Shown here: in pieces, positions 34,799 through 43,804 of the stretch
Numbering within the stretch: position 1 is the stretch's first letter
Layout of the letters: every line of letters begins with the position of its first letter
Source: an uncultured Clostridia bacterium
Lineage (GTDB): Bacteria; UBA6262; WVXT01
DNA: 64,000 nt
Direction: 5' to 3'
Assembly: GCA_964403285.1 (NCBI GenBank)
Contig: CAYOFG010000004.1
Coordinates: 17,292-81,291 of the forward strand
Notes under the pieces: generated by a model
What the model was told of the DNA's origin: nothing
Databases searched by the model: none
What the model saw: the letters and a program-made list of their open reading frames with translations, nothing else
Made by a program: the position numbers and the translations under genes

Positions 34799-36976
34799 AT
34801 GTCTAAGATTGTGGCAGCAGCAGCTATCAGGGGCGCGCATAAAGTGATAAAAGAGGCAGAAGAATTTTTAAATAAAGCGATCAAGGAGAAAGGGAAAGAC
34901 CAGAAAGTTGAATTTCCTGAGACCGCTTACTTCCTTCCCATGGCTTATGCCCTTTTGGGGGCCGAGGTAAAGACTGTAGGAGACATGGTACCTGTACTTG
35001 AGGAAGCGAAGTCACTTTTGAGAGAGGAGCCGAGCGAGTCTCTCTGGCTTCCCTATCTCGGCGATGCGCTCGATTCCGGCATAGCTACCCTTTTAGGAGA
35101 AGAGATTATTGTCGCCCTAAGATACCTGTATGGCAAAGAACCCCAACCAGATTGTGTTGGTTTCTACACCGATACCTGGATGAGAAGTTACGGGATACAA
35201 CTGGTAGATGGCAGGATGCCCGGTTTTGCTGCCATATTGGGTGCGGCTCCGGATAGCAAAACCGCAGTAGAGATAGTCAGGGAACTTCAGAAAAGAAATA
35301 TAATATGTTTTGTTGGCTCCAATCATAATGGCAGGAGCATAATTGACCAACTCAAAGAAGAGAATGTCCAGATGGGTTGGGAGACGTATATAGTTCCTTA
35401 CGGACGCGATACCATAACTGGAATCTATCCACTCAACTGGGCTATCAGATCGGCTCTGACCTTTGGTGGCCTCAAAAAGGGAGAGGCAGTGAAGTGTCTC
35501 AAATACTGCCAGAATAGAGTATTCGCCTTTGGTTTGGCTTTGGGCGAGTTGGATGATGTGAAGTATGCTACCGGTGCAGGAGCTATTAACATGGGCTTTC
35601 CTGTAATTGCCGATACCGATATTCCTGAGATAAGGCCCAGTGGTATCTGCACCTATGAACATTTAGTGAAGGAACTTGATCATAAGAAGTTAGTTCCTAC
35701 CTGTATCCAGGTGCGTGGCGTTAAGGTTAGGGTAACGGAAATTCCCATTCCCGTTGCCTATTCTGCTGCTTTTGAGGGAGAGACAGTAAGAAAAGAGCAG
35801 ATGTATGTCCAGTTTGGAGGAAAATATTCGACTGCTTTTGAGTATGTCACCACAAGAGATTTGGACGACGTGGAAGATGGAAAGATAGAAGTAATTGGAC
35901 CGGAAGTGGACAAAGCTGAAGAGGGTGGGGCAATGCCTTTAGGGATATATGTCGAAGTAGCTGGCAGAAAGATGCAGAAGGATTTTGAGCCCATATTAGA
36001 ACGGCAGATTCATACTTTTTTGAACGAGGCTATGGGGATATTCCATATGGGTCAGAGAGACCTTAACTGGTTAAGGATTAGTAAAGATGCGAAGAAGAAA
36101 GGCTTCAAGATTCGCCATTTTGGAGTGATTATTCACGCTCGCCTTCACGATACCTTCGGGGCAATAGTGGATAAAGCTCAGGTTACAATTTATACTCGAC
36201 AGGAGGATGTGGAGAAATATCGTTCAGAAGCCAAGAAGGCTTATGAGGAACGCGATGAACGCATAGGAGGAATGACCGACGAGAGCGTCGATACTTTCTA
36301 CTCTTGCACGCTATGTCAATCGTTTGCGCCGAATCATGTATGTATAGTTAAACCAGAAAGATTAGGGTTATGTGGCGCTTATACTTGGCTGGATGCTCGC
36401 GCTTGTTTTGAGTTGAATCCCACAGGACCAAATCAGCCGGTGAAGAAAGGAGAATTTATTGACTCATTAAGGGGTGAGTGGAAGGGAGTGAATGATTTCA
36501 TCTATCAAAAATCTAACAAGACCTTAGAACGCTTCCACGGTTATTCCATAATAAGTTGCCCAGAGACCTCATGTGGGTGCTTCGAGTGTATAATTGCTAT
36601 ACTTCCCGAGACGAATGGCTTTATGATTGTAAATAGGGAATTTGCTGGTATGACTCCCATAGGGATGACTTTCAGCACCTTGGCTGGCTCTGTGGGTGGA
36701 GGAGCACAGACCCCGGGCTTTATGGGCATTGGAAGACTGTATATCGTTAGTAAGAAGTTTATCTCTGCTGATGGAGGGATAAAACGCATAGTCTGGATGA
36801 CAAAAGAGTTAAAAGAAGCACTGGGGGATAAATTTAAGAAAAGGTGCGAAGAAGAAGGAATTCCTGAGCTGATAGATAAGATTGCTGATGAGACAGTCGC
36901 CACCACCACAGAGGAACTTCTCTCGTATTTGCAGAAAGTGAAGCACCCGGCTTTAGACATGGAACCATTGATATGA
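34799..36976 (+). CDS. acsB: Acetyl-CoA synthase, bacterial type
   Basis: 725 aa; FPETAYFLP, SCTLCQSFAPNHVC and PETSCGCFEC A-cluster ligands. Confidence 0.97.
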   Translation: MSKIVAAAAIRGAHKVIKEAEEFLNKAIKEKGKDQKVEFPETAYFLPMAYALLGAEVKTVGDMVPVLEEAKSLLREEPSESLWLPYLGDALDSGIATLLGEEIIVALRYLYGKEPQPDCVGFYTDTWMRSYGIQLVDGRMPGFAAILGAAPDSKTAVEIVRELQKRNIICFVGSNHNGRSIIDQLKEENVQMGWETYIVPYGRDTITGIYPLNWAIRSALTFGGLKKGEAVKCLKYCQNRVFAFGLALGELDDVKYATGAGAINMGFPVIADTDIPEIRPSGICTYEHLVKELDHKKLVPTCIQVRGVKVRVTEIPIPVAYSAAFEGETVRKEQMYVQFGGKYSTAFEYVTTRDLDDVEDGKIEVIGPEVDKAEEGGAMPLGIYVEVAGRKMQKDFEPILERQIHTFLNEAMGIFHMGQRDLNWLRISKDAKKKGFKIRHFGVIIHARLHDTFGAIVDKAQVTIYTRQEDVEKYRSEAKKAYEERDERIGGMTDESVDTFYSCTLCQSFAPNHVCIVKPERLGLCGAYTWLDARACFELNPTGPNQPVKKGEFIDSLRGEWKGVNDFIYQKSNKTLERFHGYSIISCPETSCGCFECIIAILPETNGFMIVNREFAGMTPIGMTFSTLAGSVGGGAQTPGFMGIGRLYIVSKKFISADGGIKRIVWMTKELKEALGDKFKKRCEEEGIPELIDKIADETVATTTEELLSYLQKVKHPALDMEPLI

Positions 36977-36982
36977 ATTGAG

Positions 36983-37170
36983 AAAGGAGGGTCGCTGTTC
37001 CGACGGATAAGGAGGAACGTGTCAGCGACGCCTGCGAGTCGGTGAGCAGGCAGGTCACCGACTGAAGCGAAGCGAAAGGGTCGTCGTCGCGACGAGTAAG
37101 GAGCGACAAGTCTGGCGACGGGTTCGAGATGGTGAGAACCCCGGCCGGATTGAGCGAAGCGAAAGGAGGT
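36983..37170 (+). ncRNA. Candidate tandem structured RNA/ssDNA motif (two ~88-nt units)
   Basis: Two units with conserved loops GACGnnTAAGGA and GAGnnGGTGA closed by covarying stems, each ending in AGCGAAGCGAAAGG. Function unknown. Confidence 0.55.
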
Positions 37171-37179
37171 GAGTAAGTT

Positions 37180-37593
37180 ATGGCTAAGGCGAACAAAGTC
37201 AATCATTTAATTGTGGAGACTCCCGACAAAGTAGGCATGATGGCAAAGGTCTGCTCGGCAATTTCAGATGCAGGGGTAAACATTAGAGCGATCTCTGCGA
37301 GTGCCAGAGCACGGAAGGGACATTTTATGCTTCTCACAGAGAACAATCCTAAAGCAAAGGAGGCTCTTAAAGCTGCTGGTTTTAAAGTCAAAGAGGAGGA
37401 GGCTGTAGCCGTTGAGCTGGAGAACGAGGTCGGGGCAGCAAAAAAGTTGGCTAAGAAGCTGGCAGATGCCAAAGTGAATCTAAGATATTGTTATGGTTCT
37501 ACTGGTAATGGCACGATGGCACTCCTGGTCTTTAATTCAAGCGACAACGAGAAAGCAATAAGGACCCTCGGTATTATGGGAGTGGGGGAATAA
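37180..37593 (+). CDS. Tandem ACT-domain protein
   Basis: Two ACT-like halves (TPDKVGMMAKVC..AGVNI; NEVGAAKKLA...VNLRYCY); SD AGGAGGTGA. Confidence 0.85.
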   Translation: MAKANKVNHLIVETPDKVGMMAKVCSAISDAGVNIRAISASARARKGHFMLLTENNPKAKEALKAAGFKVKEEEAVAVELENEVGAAKKLAKKLADAKVNLRYCYGSTGNGTMALLVFNSSDNEKAIRTLGIMGVGE

Positions 37594-37631
37594 TCCGATT
37601 TCGGTAACGGAAACAGAAGAAGCTCTGGAAT

Positions 37632-37690
37632 GTAGGGGCGACACTCTGTGGTCGCCCAAAGAGAGGGACGGCACAGAGTCCGTCCCCTAC
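37632..37690. repeat. GTAG-type REP doublet (family C)
   Basis: GTAGGGGCGAC..GTCGCCC...GGGACGGCACAGAGTCCGTCCCCTAC; 3' arm identical to that at 47332-47359. Confidence 0.85.
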
Positions 37691-37714
37691 AGCTACAAAT
37701 GGTTGGAGGAGATT

Positions 37715-39052
37715 ATGGCTTTAACGGGTCTGGAGATTTATAAGCATTTGCCAAAGACAAATTGTAAGAAGTGTGGCTTTCCCACTTGTTTAGCATTTGC
37801 TATGGCTCTGGCGGGAAAGAAGACTTCGCTGGATAAGTGTCCCGATATTACAGAAGAGGCGAAGCTTGCCCTGGAATCTGCTTCTCAACCTCCTATGGCA
37901 ACAATTACTATTGGCGTAGGAGAAGATAAAGTAGAGGTTGGCGGCGAGACAGTTCTCTTCCGGCACGAGAAGACTTTCTACCACCCTTGCGCTATTGGCA
38001 TCACTTTGAGTGACTCTCTGGAGAAGGAAAAAATCCTCCGGCGAATTGAAAAAATCAGTAAGTTAAAATTCGAAAGGGTGGGTATGTTTCTGCAAGTGAA
38101 TCTCATTGCCATTTCTAACGACAGCAATAGTCAGGATAAGTTCTGCGATGCAATAAGAGGTGCGACGGAAAAATCTAATTTACCATTGGTTTTAATCTCC
38201 AATAACCCACAAGTTTTAGAGGCTGGTTTGAAAATATGTGCTGAAAGAAAACCATTAATTTATTCGGCTAAGGAAGATAATCAAGAAGCCATGGTAGGTT
38301 TAGCCAAGAAATATTCCTGCCCCCTGGCAGTTTATGGGAAGAATTTAGAAGAGTTAGATTCCCTTTCCCAGAAGGTGGTTGCCTCGGGAGTAAAAGATGT
38401 TGTCCTTGATCCTGGAACGAGAAATCTGGGTGGCTCTGTTCAGGATTTTACTCAGCTCAGGAGATTAGCTTTAAAGAGAGGTTATCGACCATTCGGTTAT
38501 CCGGTAATTGCCTTTGTCAGAGGCAATGACCCTTACCAGGAAGTTTCTATGGCAGCCACTTATATTTCCAAGTATGCTAACATAGTGGTGCTTGATAGAA
38601 CTGAGCCGGAGGAGATTCTCCCTCTGATTACTCTGAGGCAGAATATATATACCGATCCTCAGAAGCCGATAATGGTCGAACCCAAACTTTATGAAATCGG
38701 CACACCGAACGAAAATTCTCCACTATTGGTAACTACAAACTTTTCTCTTACATTTTTTACGGTTCAGCCGGAGATTGAGGCAAGCAAGGTTCCCTCTTAT
38801 TTATTAATCGTTGAAGCTGAAGGTCTCTCTGTGCTTACCGCTTGGGCTGCTGAGAAGTTTACACCTGAGGGAATTTTTGCGGCAATGAAGAAGGCAGAGG
38901 TAGAGAAGAAGCTATCTCATAAAAAAATAATTATTCCTGGCTATGTAGCTGTAATGAAGGCAAAATTGGAAGATGAAAGTGGCTGGGAAGTTCTGGTAGG
39001 TCCGAAAGAGGGTTCGGGAATTCCCAAATATCTGAAAGAGACATGGAAATAG
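37715..39052 (+). CDS. acsC: Corrinoid Fe-S protein large subunit (probable start 37715)
   Basis: LPKTNCKKCGFPTCLAFA, LRQNIYTDPQKP, VTTNFSLT and VLTAWAA motifs. Confidence 0.96.
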   Translation: MALTGLEIYKHLPKTNCKKCGFPTCLAFAMALAGKKTSLDKCPDITEEAKLALESASQPPMATITIGVGEDKVEVGGETVLFRHEKTFYHPCAIGITLSDSLEKEKILRRIEKISKLKFERVGMFLQVNLIAISNDSNSQDKFCDAIRGATEKSNLPLVLISNNPQVLEAGLKICAERKPLIYSAKEDNQEAMVGLAKKYSCPLAVYGKNLEELDSLSQKVVASGVKDVVLDPGTRNLGGSVQDFTQLRRLALKRGYRPFGYPVIAFVRGNDPYQEVSMAATYISKYANIVVLDRTEPEEILPLITLRQNIYTDPQKPIMVEPKLYEIGTPNENSPLLVTTNFSLTFFTVQPEIEASKVPSYLLIVEAEGLSVLTAWAAEKFTPEGIFAAMKKAEVEKKLSHKKIIIPGYVAVMKAKLEDESGWEVLVGPKEGSGIPKYLKETWK

Positions 39053-39067
39053 GAAGCGAAGGACATT

Positions 39068-41011
39068 ATGGAGAAATGTAAGATAGTCTTTTATCCCTGG
39101 AAAAAGGAAGTAACTGTCCCCAGCGGCACGGACCTGTTGACTGCAGCGATAAGAGCCGGTGTCCATATTTATAATAGCTGTGGAGGCGAGGGGATTTGTG
39201 GTCGGTGCAAGGTTATTGTTAGAAAGGGTGAGGTCGTCACTGAAGCCACGGGGCGTTTGAGTGCTGAAGAGAGAAAGAGGGGCTATGTTCTTGCTTGCCG
39301 TACTACGTGCAAGGGAGGAATGGAAATTGAAGTGCCTCCCGAATCTCGCCTGGAAGGTTTGGAGATTCTTACTGAGGAGGCAAGGGCAAAGAGGCTAGTT
39401 GGACTTTATACACCAGCAGAAGAAGTCGAGAAAGGACCCGAAGTAGCTTTGGAGAGGGTATTTACTCATGGTCCCCTTTCGACCAAGTTATACCTGGAAC
39501 TTTCTCCTCCTACCCTGGAAGATAATATTGGCGATCTGGAACGAGTCTATCGGGAAATCAGAAAGGGAAGGGAAATTCCTATTATGCAGATGGGCTTAGC
39601 CAATATTAAAAAATTGAGCAAACTTCTCAGAGAGAGCGGCTGGAAAGTGACTGCTACCCTCGGTAATCGAAATGAGACTACGGAAGTAGTGCTAATTGAG
39701 CCTGGAGATACAACCAACAAAAATTATGGCGTGGCAGTAGATATCGGGACAACGACAATAGTGGCTTATCTGGTCAACCTCGCAGAGCGTCATGTCCTCG
39801 GCGCAAAAGCTTGCTATAATCCGCAAGTCGATTTTGGTGAGGACGTTATCTCCCGAATAATTTTCGCTCAGGAAGAGGATAGGTTAGAAAAGTTGCACCA
39901 TGTGGTAATAGATGCAATTAATAATCTCATTTTAGGAATGGTTTTAGAACACAATTTGACCCTTAACGATATTAATGGCGTTGCCTGTGCCGGCAATACA
40001 ACCATGATTCATCTTTTGTTGCGAGTTCCTCCCGAATACTTGCGAAAGGAACCATATGTTCCCACCGCTGGATTCATTCCTGTTATAAGGGCGGCGGAGG
40101 CAGGAATTAAGATTAATCCTCGGGGGCTCCTCTGTTGCATACCCGGAGTGAGTAGCTATGTTGGTGGGGATATAACAGCTGGCGTTTTAGCTTCGGGATT
40201 GGATGATTTGCCAACTTTGGGACTATTTATAGATCTGGGGACAAATGGTGAAGTGGTCTTAGGAAATAGAGATTGGTTAGTCTGCTGTTCGACTTCTGCT
40301 GGCCCCTGTTTTGAGGGTGGAGGGGTAAAATGGGGGATCCGCGCGATGAAAGGTGCTATCCAGAGAATGGAAATAAATCCTTCCAGGGATAAAGTCAAGC
40401 TCTATACTATTGGTGAAGAGAAGCCTAAAGGTATCTGTGGTGCTGGACTGGTTGACTGCGTGGGTGAGCTTCTGAAAAGTGGTAGGCTTAACAGGGCAGG
40501 AAAACTAATTTCTCAATCATCGAAGCGAATAAGAAAAGGAGAAGACGGTTGGGAGTTCGTTCTGGTAGAAGCGAAGAAGTCTCTTGTAAGACAGGACATC
40601 GTTATAACTGAGACGGATATAAAAAACCTGATACATTCAAAAGGAGCAATCTATTCCGGAGCCGAAGTTCTATTGAAACGGGTGGGATTGAGTTTCCAGG
40701 ATTTAGAACAAGTGTTTATTGCCGGCGGATTAGGGACAGCTCTGGATGTGGAGAAAGCAATTATGATTGGGCTTTTGCCCGATCTTCCTCTGGAAAAATT
40801 CACCTTCATTGGCAATAGCGCCATCGCGGGAACGAAGATGTGTCTACTTTCTCAGGAGGCGATGAGAAAAGCAGAAAAGATTGCTGGAAGGATGACCTAC
40901 GTAGATTTGAGCACAGAGCCAGAATTTATGAATAACTATACTGCTTCACTTTTTTTGCCACATACAGATATAAACCTCTTCCCCAGCGTGAAGAAATTGA
41001 TAAAAAGTTAA
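39068..41011 (+). CDS. acsV: Reductive activator of corrinoid protein (RACo/AcsV; 2Fe-2S plus ASKHA)
   Basis: CGGEGICGRC...LAC, VDIGTTT, GNTTM, DLGTNGE and GPCFEG motifs. Confidence 0.92.
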   Translation: MEKCKIVFYPWKKEVTVPSGTDLLTAAIRAGVHIYNSCGGEGICGRCKVIVRKGEVVTEATGRLSAEERKRGYVLACRTTCKGGMEIEVPPESRLEGLEILTEEARAKRLVGLYTPAEEVEKGPEVALERVFTHGPLSTKLYLELSPPTLEDNIGDLERVYREIRKGREIPIMQMGLANIKKLSKLLRESGWKVTATLGNRNETTEVVLIEPGDTTNKNYGVAVDIGTTTIVAYLVNLAERHVLGAKACYNPQVDFGEDVISRIIFAQEEDRLEKLHHVVIDAINNLILGMVLEHNLTLNDINGVACAGNTTMIHLLLRVPPEYLRKEPYVPTAGFIPVIRAAEAGIKINPRGLLCCIPGVSSYVGGDITAGVLASGLDDLPTLGLFIDLGTNGEVVLGNRDWLVCCSTSAGPCFEGGGVKWGIRAMKGAIQRMEINPSRDKVKLYTIGEEKPKGICGAGLVDCVGELLKSGRLNRAGKLISQSSKRIRKGEDGWEFVLVEAKKSLVRQDIVITETDIKNLIHSKGAIYSGAEVLLKRVGLSFQDLEQVFIAGGLGTALDVEKAIMIGLLPDLPLEKFTFIGNSAIAGTKMCLLSQEAMRKAEKIAGRMTYVDLSTEPEFMNNYTASLFLPHTDINLFPSVKKLIKS

Positions 41012-41026
41012 TTTAGGTGAGTAATT

Positions 41027-41779
41027 ATGGCTTTTACTATTGCAGTGGCAGGTAAGGGCGGAAGTGGCAAGACGACTTTAGCCACTCTGACTATTCTCCA
41101 CCTCATTAGACAAAATAAGGGACCTATTCTGGCAGTTGATGCTGACCCCAATTCCAATTTGAACGTAGGCCTGGGTATGAAATTTGAAGAGACTATAGCT
41201 GACCTACGAGAGGAGGTTCTGACTAAGGAGATTCCTTCAGGAATGTCCAAAACCGATTTTTTCGATTATCGCTTACACCAATGTTTAGTGGAAGGTGATA
41301 AAGTTGACCTCTTGGTGATGGGTCGGCCGGAAGGGCCTGGCTGTTACTGCGCAGTGAACAATCTTCTCAGGCAATATCTCTCCAGAATTTCTAAACAGTA
41401 TGAATATGTAGTTATGGATAACGAGGCGGGAATGGAACATTTGAGCAGGAGAACGACTGATGGTGTGGATGTACTACTTATTACCAGCGATCCCACTTTG
41501 GTAAGTATCAGGTCTGCAGCGAGAATTAAGGAAATTGCCCTCAAGATAAAACTGAAAATAAAAGATATATATCTAATTATCAATAAAGTAGCGAAATCGA
41601 AAGACATCTCTTCTCTCATTTCAGGAAGCATCGGCGATAAGTTATCGCTGTTGGAAAATATACCCGAAGACCCTTTAGTCCTTGAAGCTTCTGAAAAAGA
41701 GGAAAATCTTCTCTCTCTTCCAGCAGAATCTCCTTCTTTTCAAGCAGTTGGTAGATTAATGAAAAAGCTGAAGTTGTAG
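41027..41779 (+). CDS. acsF: ACS nickel-insertion ATPase (AcsF/CooC2)
   Basis: GKGGSGKT, GCYCAVN and DNEAGMEHLSRRT motifs. Confidence 0.88.
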   Translation: MAFTIAVAGKGGSGKTTLATLTILHLIRQNKGPILAVDADPNSNLNVGLGMKFEETIADLREEVLTKEIPSGMSKTDFFDYRLHQCLVEGDKVDLLVMGRPEGPGCYCAVNNLLRQYLSRISKQYEYVVMDNEAGMEHLSRRTTDGVDVLLITSDPTLVSIRSAARIKEIALKIKLKIKDIYLIINKVAKSKDISSLISGSIGDKLSLLENIPEDPLVLEASEKEENLLSLPAESPSFQAVGRLMKKLKL

Positions 41780-41842
41780 GAGTAGTACCATTCTCCGCAG
41801 TAAAGAATGGGGAAAATATTAATAAGATTCAGGAGTATAAAA

Positions 41843-42805
41843 TTGGAAAAAGCTATTGAGAAATGGGCAAGTAAGGTTAACGAGGTAATTATTGGAGCGA
41901 CACAGAAAGAGGGTGGAACGAGGAGTTCTCTCATTAAGGTAGGAGGAGCTACTACTCTGCCATTCCTCCATTTTGAAGAAGCTATCCCCAATTCGCCGAC
42001 AATTGCTATGGAAGTCTGGGATATGGAGCCTCCTGATTGGCCGGATATACTGAAGAAGCCATTTGGAGATGTGCTTGGTGACCCAGTAGAATGGGCCAAG
42101 AAATGCATAAACGAGTATGGAGCCGATTTCTTGTGTTTGCGGCTCGCTTCCACGCACCCGGATAGCAAAAATAGTTCTCCCCAGGAGGCTTCGGCCACGG
42201 TCAAGAAAGTTCTGGATGCAGTATCCGTTCCTTTAATGATTATAGGATGTAACCAGGCAGAGAAAGACACGGAAGTTATTCCCGCAGTCAGTGAAGCTGC
42301 TCGGAGAGAGAACTGCCTGGTAGGCATAGCAGTGCAGGCAAACTACAAGACAATAACTGCGGCCTGTCAAAGCGATGGACATTCGATAATTGCCGAATCT
42401 CCTATCGATATCAATTTAGCCAAGCAATTGAATATTCTTATATCAGATATGGGGTTTCCTCCGGAGAAGATAATTATGCACCCTGCCACAGGAGCTCTGG
42501 GCTATGGTCTGGAATATACTTATTCCATAATGGAACGCACTCGCCTGGCAGCGCTACAAGGAGATAAGATGATGTCCATGCCCATGGTAAATTTCGTAGG
42601 ACAGGAAGTGTGGAGGGTCAAAGAAGCTAAGACCTCTGAAAAAGAGGTTCCTGAATGGGGACCGATAGCGTCCAGGGGACCCCTCTGGGAAATTACTACT
42701 GCTGTGAGCTATCTTCAGGCAGGAGCAGATATCTTGGTAATGTGCCACCCTAAAGCAATAGAAAGCGTTAGGAAGACTATCGGCGATTTAATGAAAAAAG
42801 AATAA
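41843..42805 (+). CDS. acsD: Corrinoid Fe-S protein small subunit (probable TTG start 41843)
   Basis: LPFLHFE, ESPIDINLAKQLN and LGYGLEYTYSIMER motifs. Confidence 0.95.
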   Translation: MEKAIEKWASKVNEVIIGATQKEGGTRSSLIKVGGATTLPFLHFEEAIPNSPTIAMEVWDMEPPDWPDILKKPFGDVLGDPVEWAKKCINEYGADFLCLRLASTHPDSKNSSPQEASATVKKVLDAVSVPLMIIGCNQAEKDTEVIPAVSEAARRENCLVGIAVQANYKTITAACQSDGHSIIAESPIDINLAKQLNILISDMGFPPEKIIMHPATGALGYGLEYTYSIMERTRLAALQGDKMMSMPMVNFVGQEVWRVKEAKTSEKEVPEWGPIASRGPLWEITTAVSYLQAGADILVMCHPKAIESVRKTIGDLMKKE

Positions 42806-42824
42806 GTAATTTAGAAGAGAGAAT

Positions 42825-42975
42825 ACCCTGGAGTCCTCCCGAAAGGGAGGTTGGAGTGTCAAGCGAAAGCTTGACCAGGGTGGCCCCGATTGATTTGGTC
42901 GGTCACCCTTTAGGGTGACGAAAACGGCACTCTGAAGAGTACCCGACCAAATGAGACCTCCGATTGCATCGGAGG
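42825..42975. other. Multi-hairpin structured intergenic segment
   Basis: Two three-way-junction-like folds (42825-42881; 42893-42952) plus a CCTCCGAT/ATCGGAGG hairpin. Confidence 0.6.
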
Positions 42976-43002
42976 AGTCCAGAATTTTTGGAGGGGAAGA
43001 AT

Positions 43003-43791
43003 ATGTTCATTATTGGTGAGAGAATTAATGGTATGTTTAAGGATGTAGCTAAAGCAATCAAAGAAGGCGATAAGACTATTATACAGGATTTGGCTTGCAA
43101 ACAGATGGAGGAAGGAGCAGACGCACTGGATGTGAATGTTGGCCCTGCTGCCGAAGAGCCTCTACGAGCTATGGAGTGGCTGGTTACCACTATTGGTGAA
43201 GTCACTAATGCTCCTCTGGCAATTGATACTACAAAATTCGAAGTAATGGAAACTGGACTCAAATTATGTAAAGGTAAAGCAATAATAAATTCTACCTCGG
43301 GAGATAAAGAAAAACTGGACAGGCTTCTTCCTTTAGCCAAGAAATACAATGCTTCTATAATTGGCTTAACCATGAATAAGAACGGAATTCCCCAGGATGC
43401 ACAGAGTAGAGCGGAAATTGCTGCTCAGATTGTAACCTCTGCTCAGGAGCAGGGGATAGAGATGAGCGATCTTTATATTGACGGAGTGATTCTTCCGGTC
43501 AATGTGGCACAGGACCATTCTCGGGAAGTTTTGGAGACAATAAGGCAGTGTAAACTCCTGTGCGACCCTCCTCCCAGGACGATTTTAGGATTGAGTAATG
43601 TTTCTCAGAAGACGGTCGATCGTTCTTTGGTTAACAGAACTTACCTGGCAATGGCCGTTGCCAGTGGTCTGGATGCAGCAATTCTGGACCCCTTGGATAA
43701 AGATTTGATGAACATTATGATTACTGCTGAACTGTTAATGGGGAAACAGATATATTGCGATGACTATCTTGAGGCTTACAGGAAAAAATAG
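43003..43791 (+). CDS. acsE: Methyl-THF:corrinoid Fe-S protein methyltransferase (probable start 43003)
   Basis: IIGERING, LDVNVG, IDTT, IINST and GLSNVSQ motifs. Confidence 0.94.
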   Translation: MFIIGERINGMFKDVAKAIKEGDKTIIQDLACKQMEEGADALDVNVGPAAEEPLRAMEWLVTTIGEVTNAPLAIDTTKFEVMETGLKLCKGKAIINSTSGDKEKLDRLLPLAKKYNASIIGLTMNKNGIPQDAQSRAEIAAQIVTSAQEQGIEMSDLYIDGVILPVNVAQDHSREVLETIRQCKLLCDPPPRTILGLSNVSQKTVDRSLVNRTYLAMAVASGLDAAILDPLDKDLMNIMITAELLMGKQIYCDDYLEAYRKK

Positions 43792-43804
43792 TAAAGGAGG
43801 TTAA

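Noticed and set aside
37115-37141. tRNA-like T-loop (GGTTCGAGA)
   Set aside because: No cloverleaf, D-arm or acceptor stem.
37043-37148. NiCo riboswitch (TGAGCAGGC ... GCCGG) or ZTP riboswitch (GTCGCGAC ... GGAGCGAC) similarity
   Set aside because: Only short word matches; I could not build the P1/four-way junction or the ZTP pseudoknot. The tandem model explains the region better. A cmscan would settle it.
42858-42881. HEARO/omega-RNA-like start (GTCAA...TTGACCAG)
   Set aside because: No downstream conserved core and no iscB/tnpB gene nearby.
42902-42945. Hammerhead ribozyme (stem-GAAA and CTGAAGA cores)
   Set aside because: Only about 8 nt separate GAAA from CTGAAGA, too few for stems III and I, and CTGANGA does not precede the hairpin.
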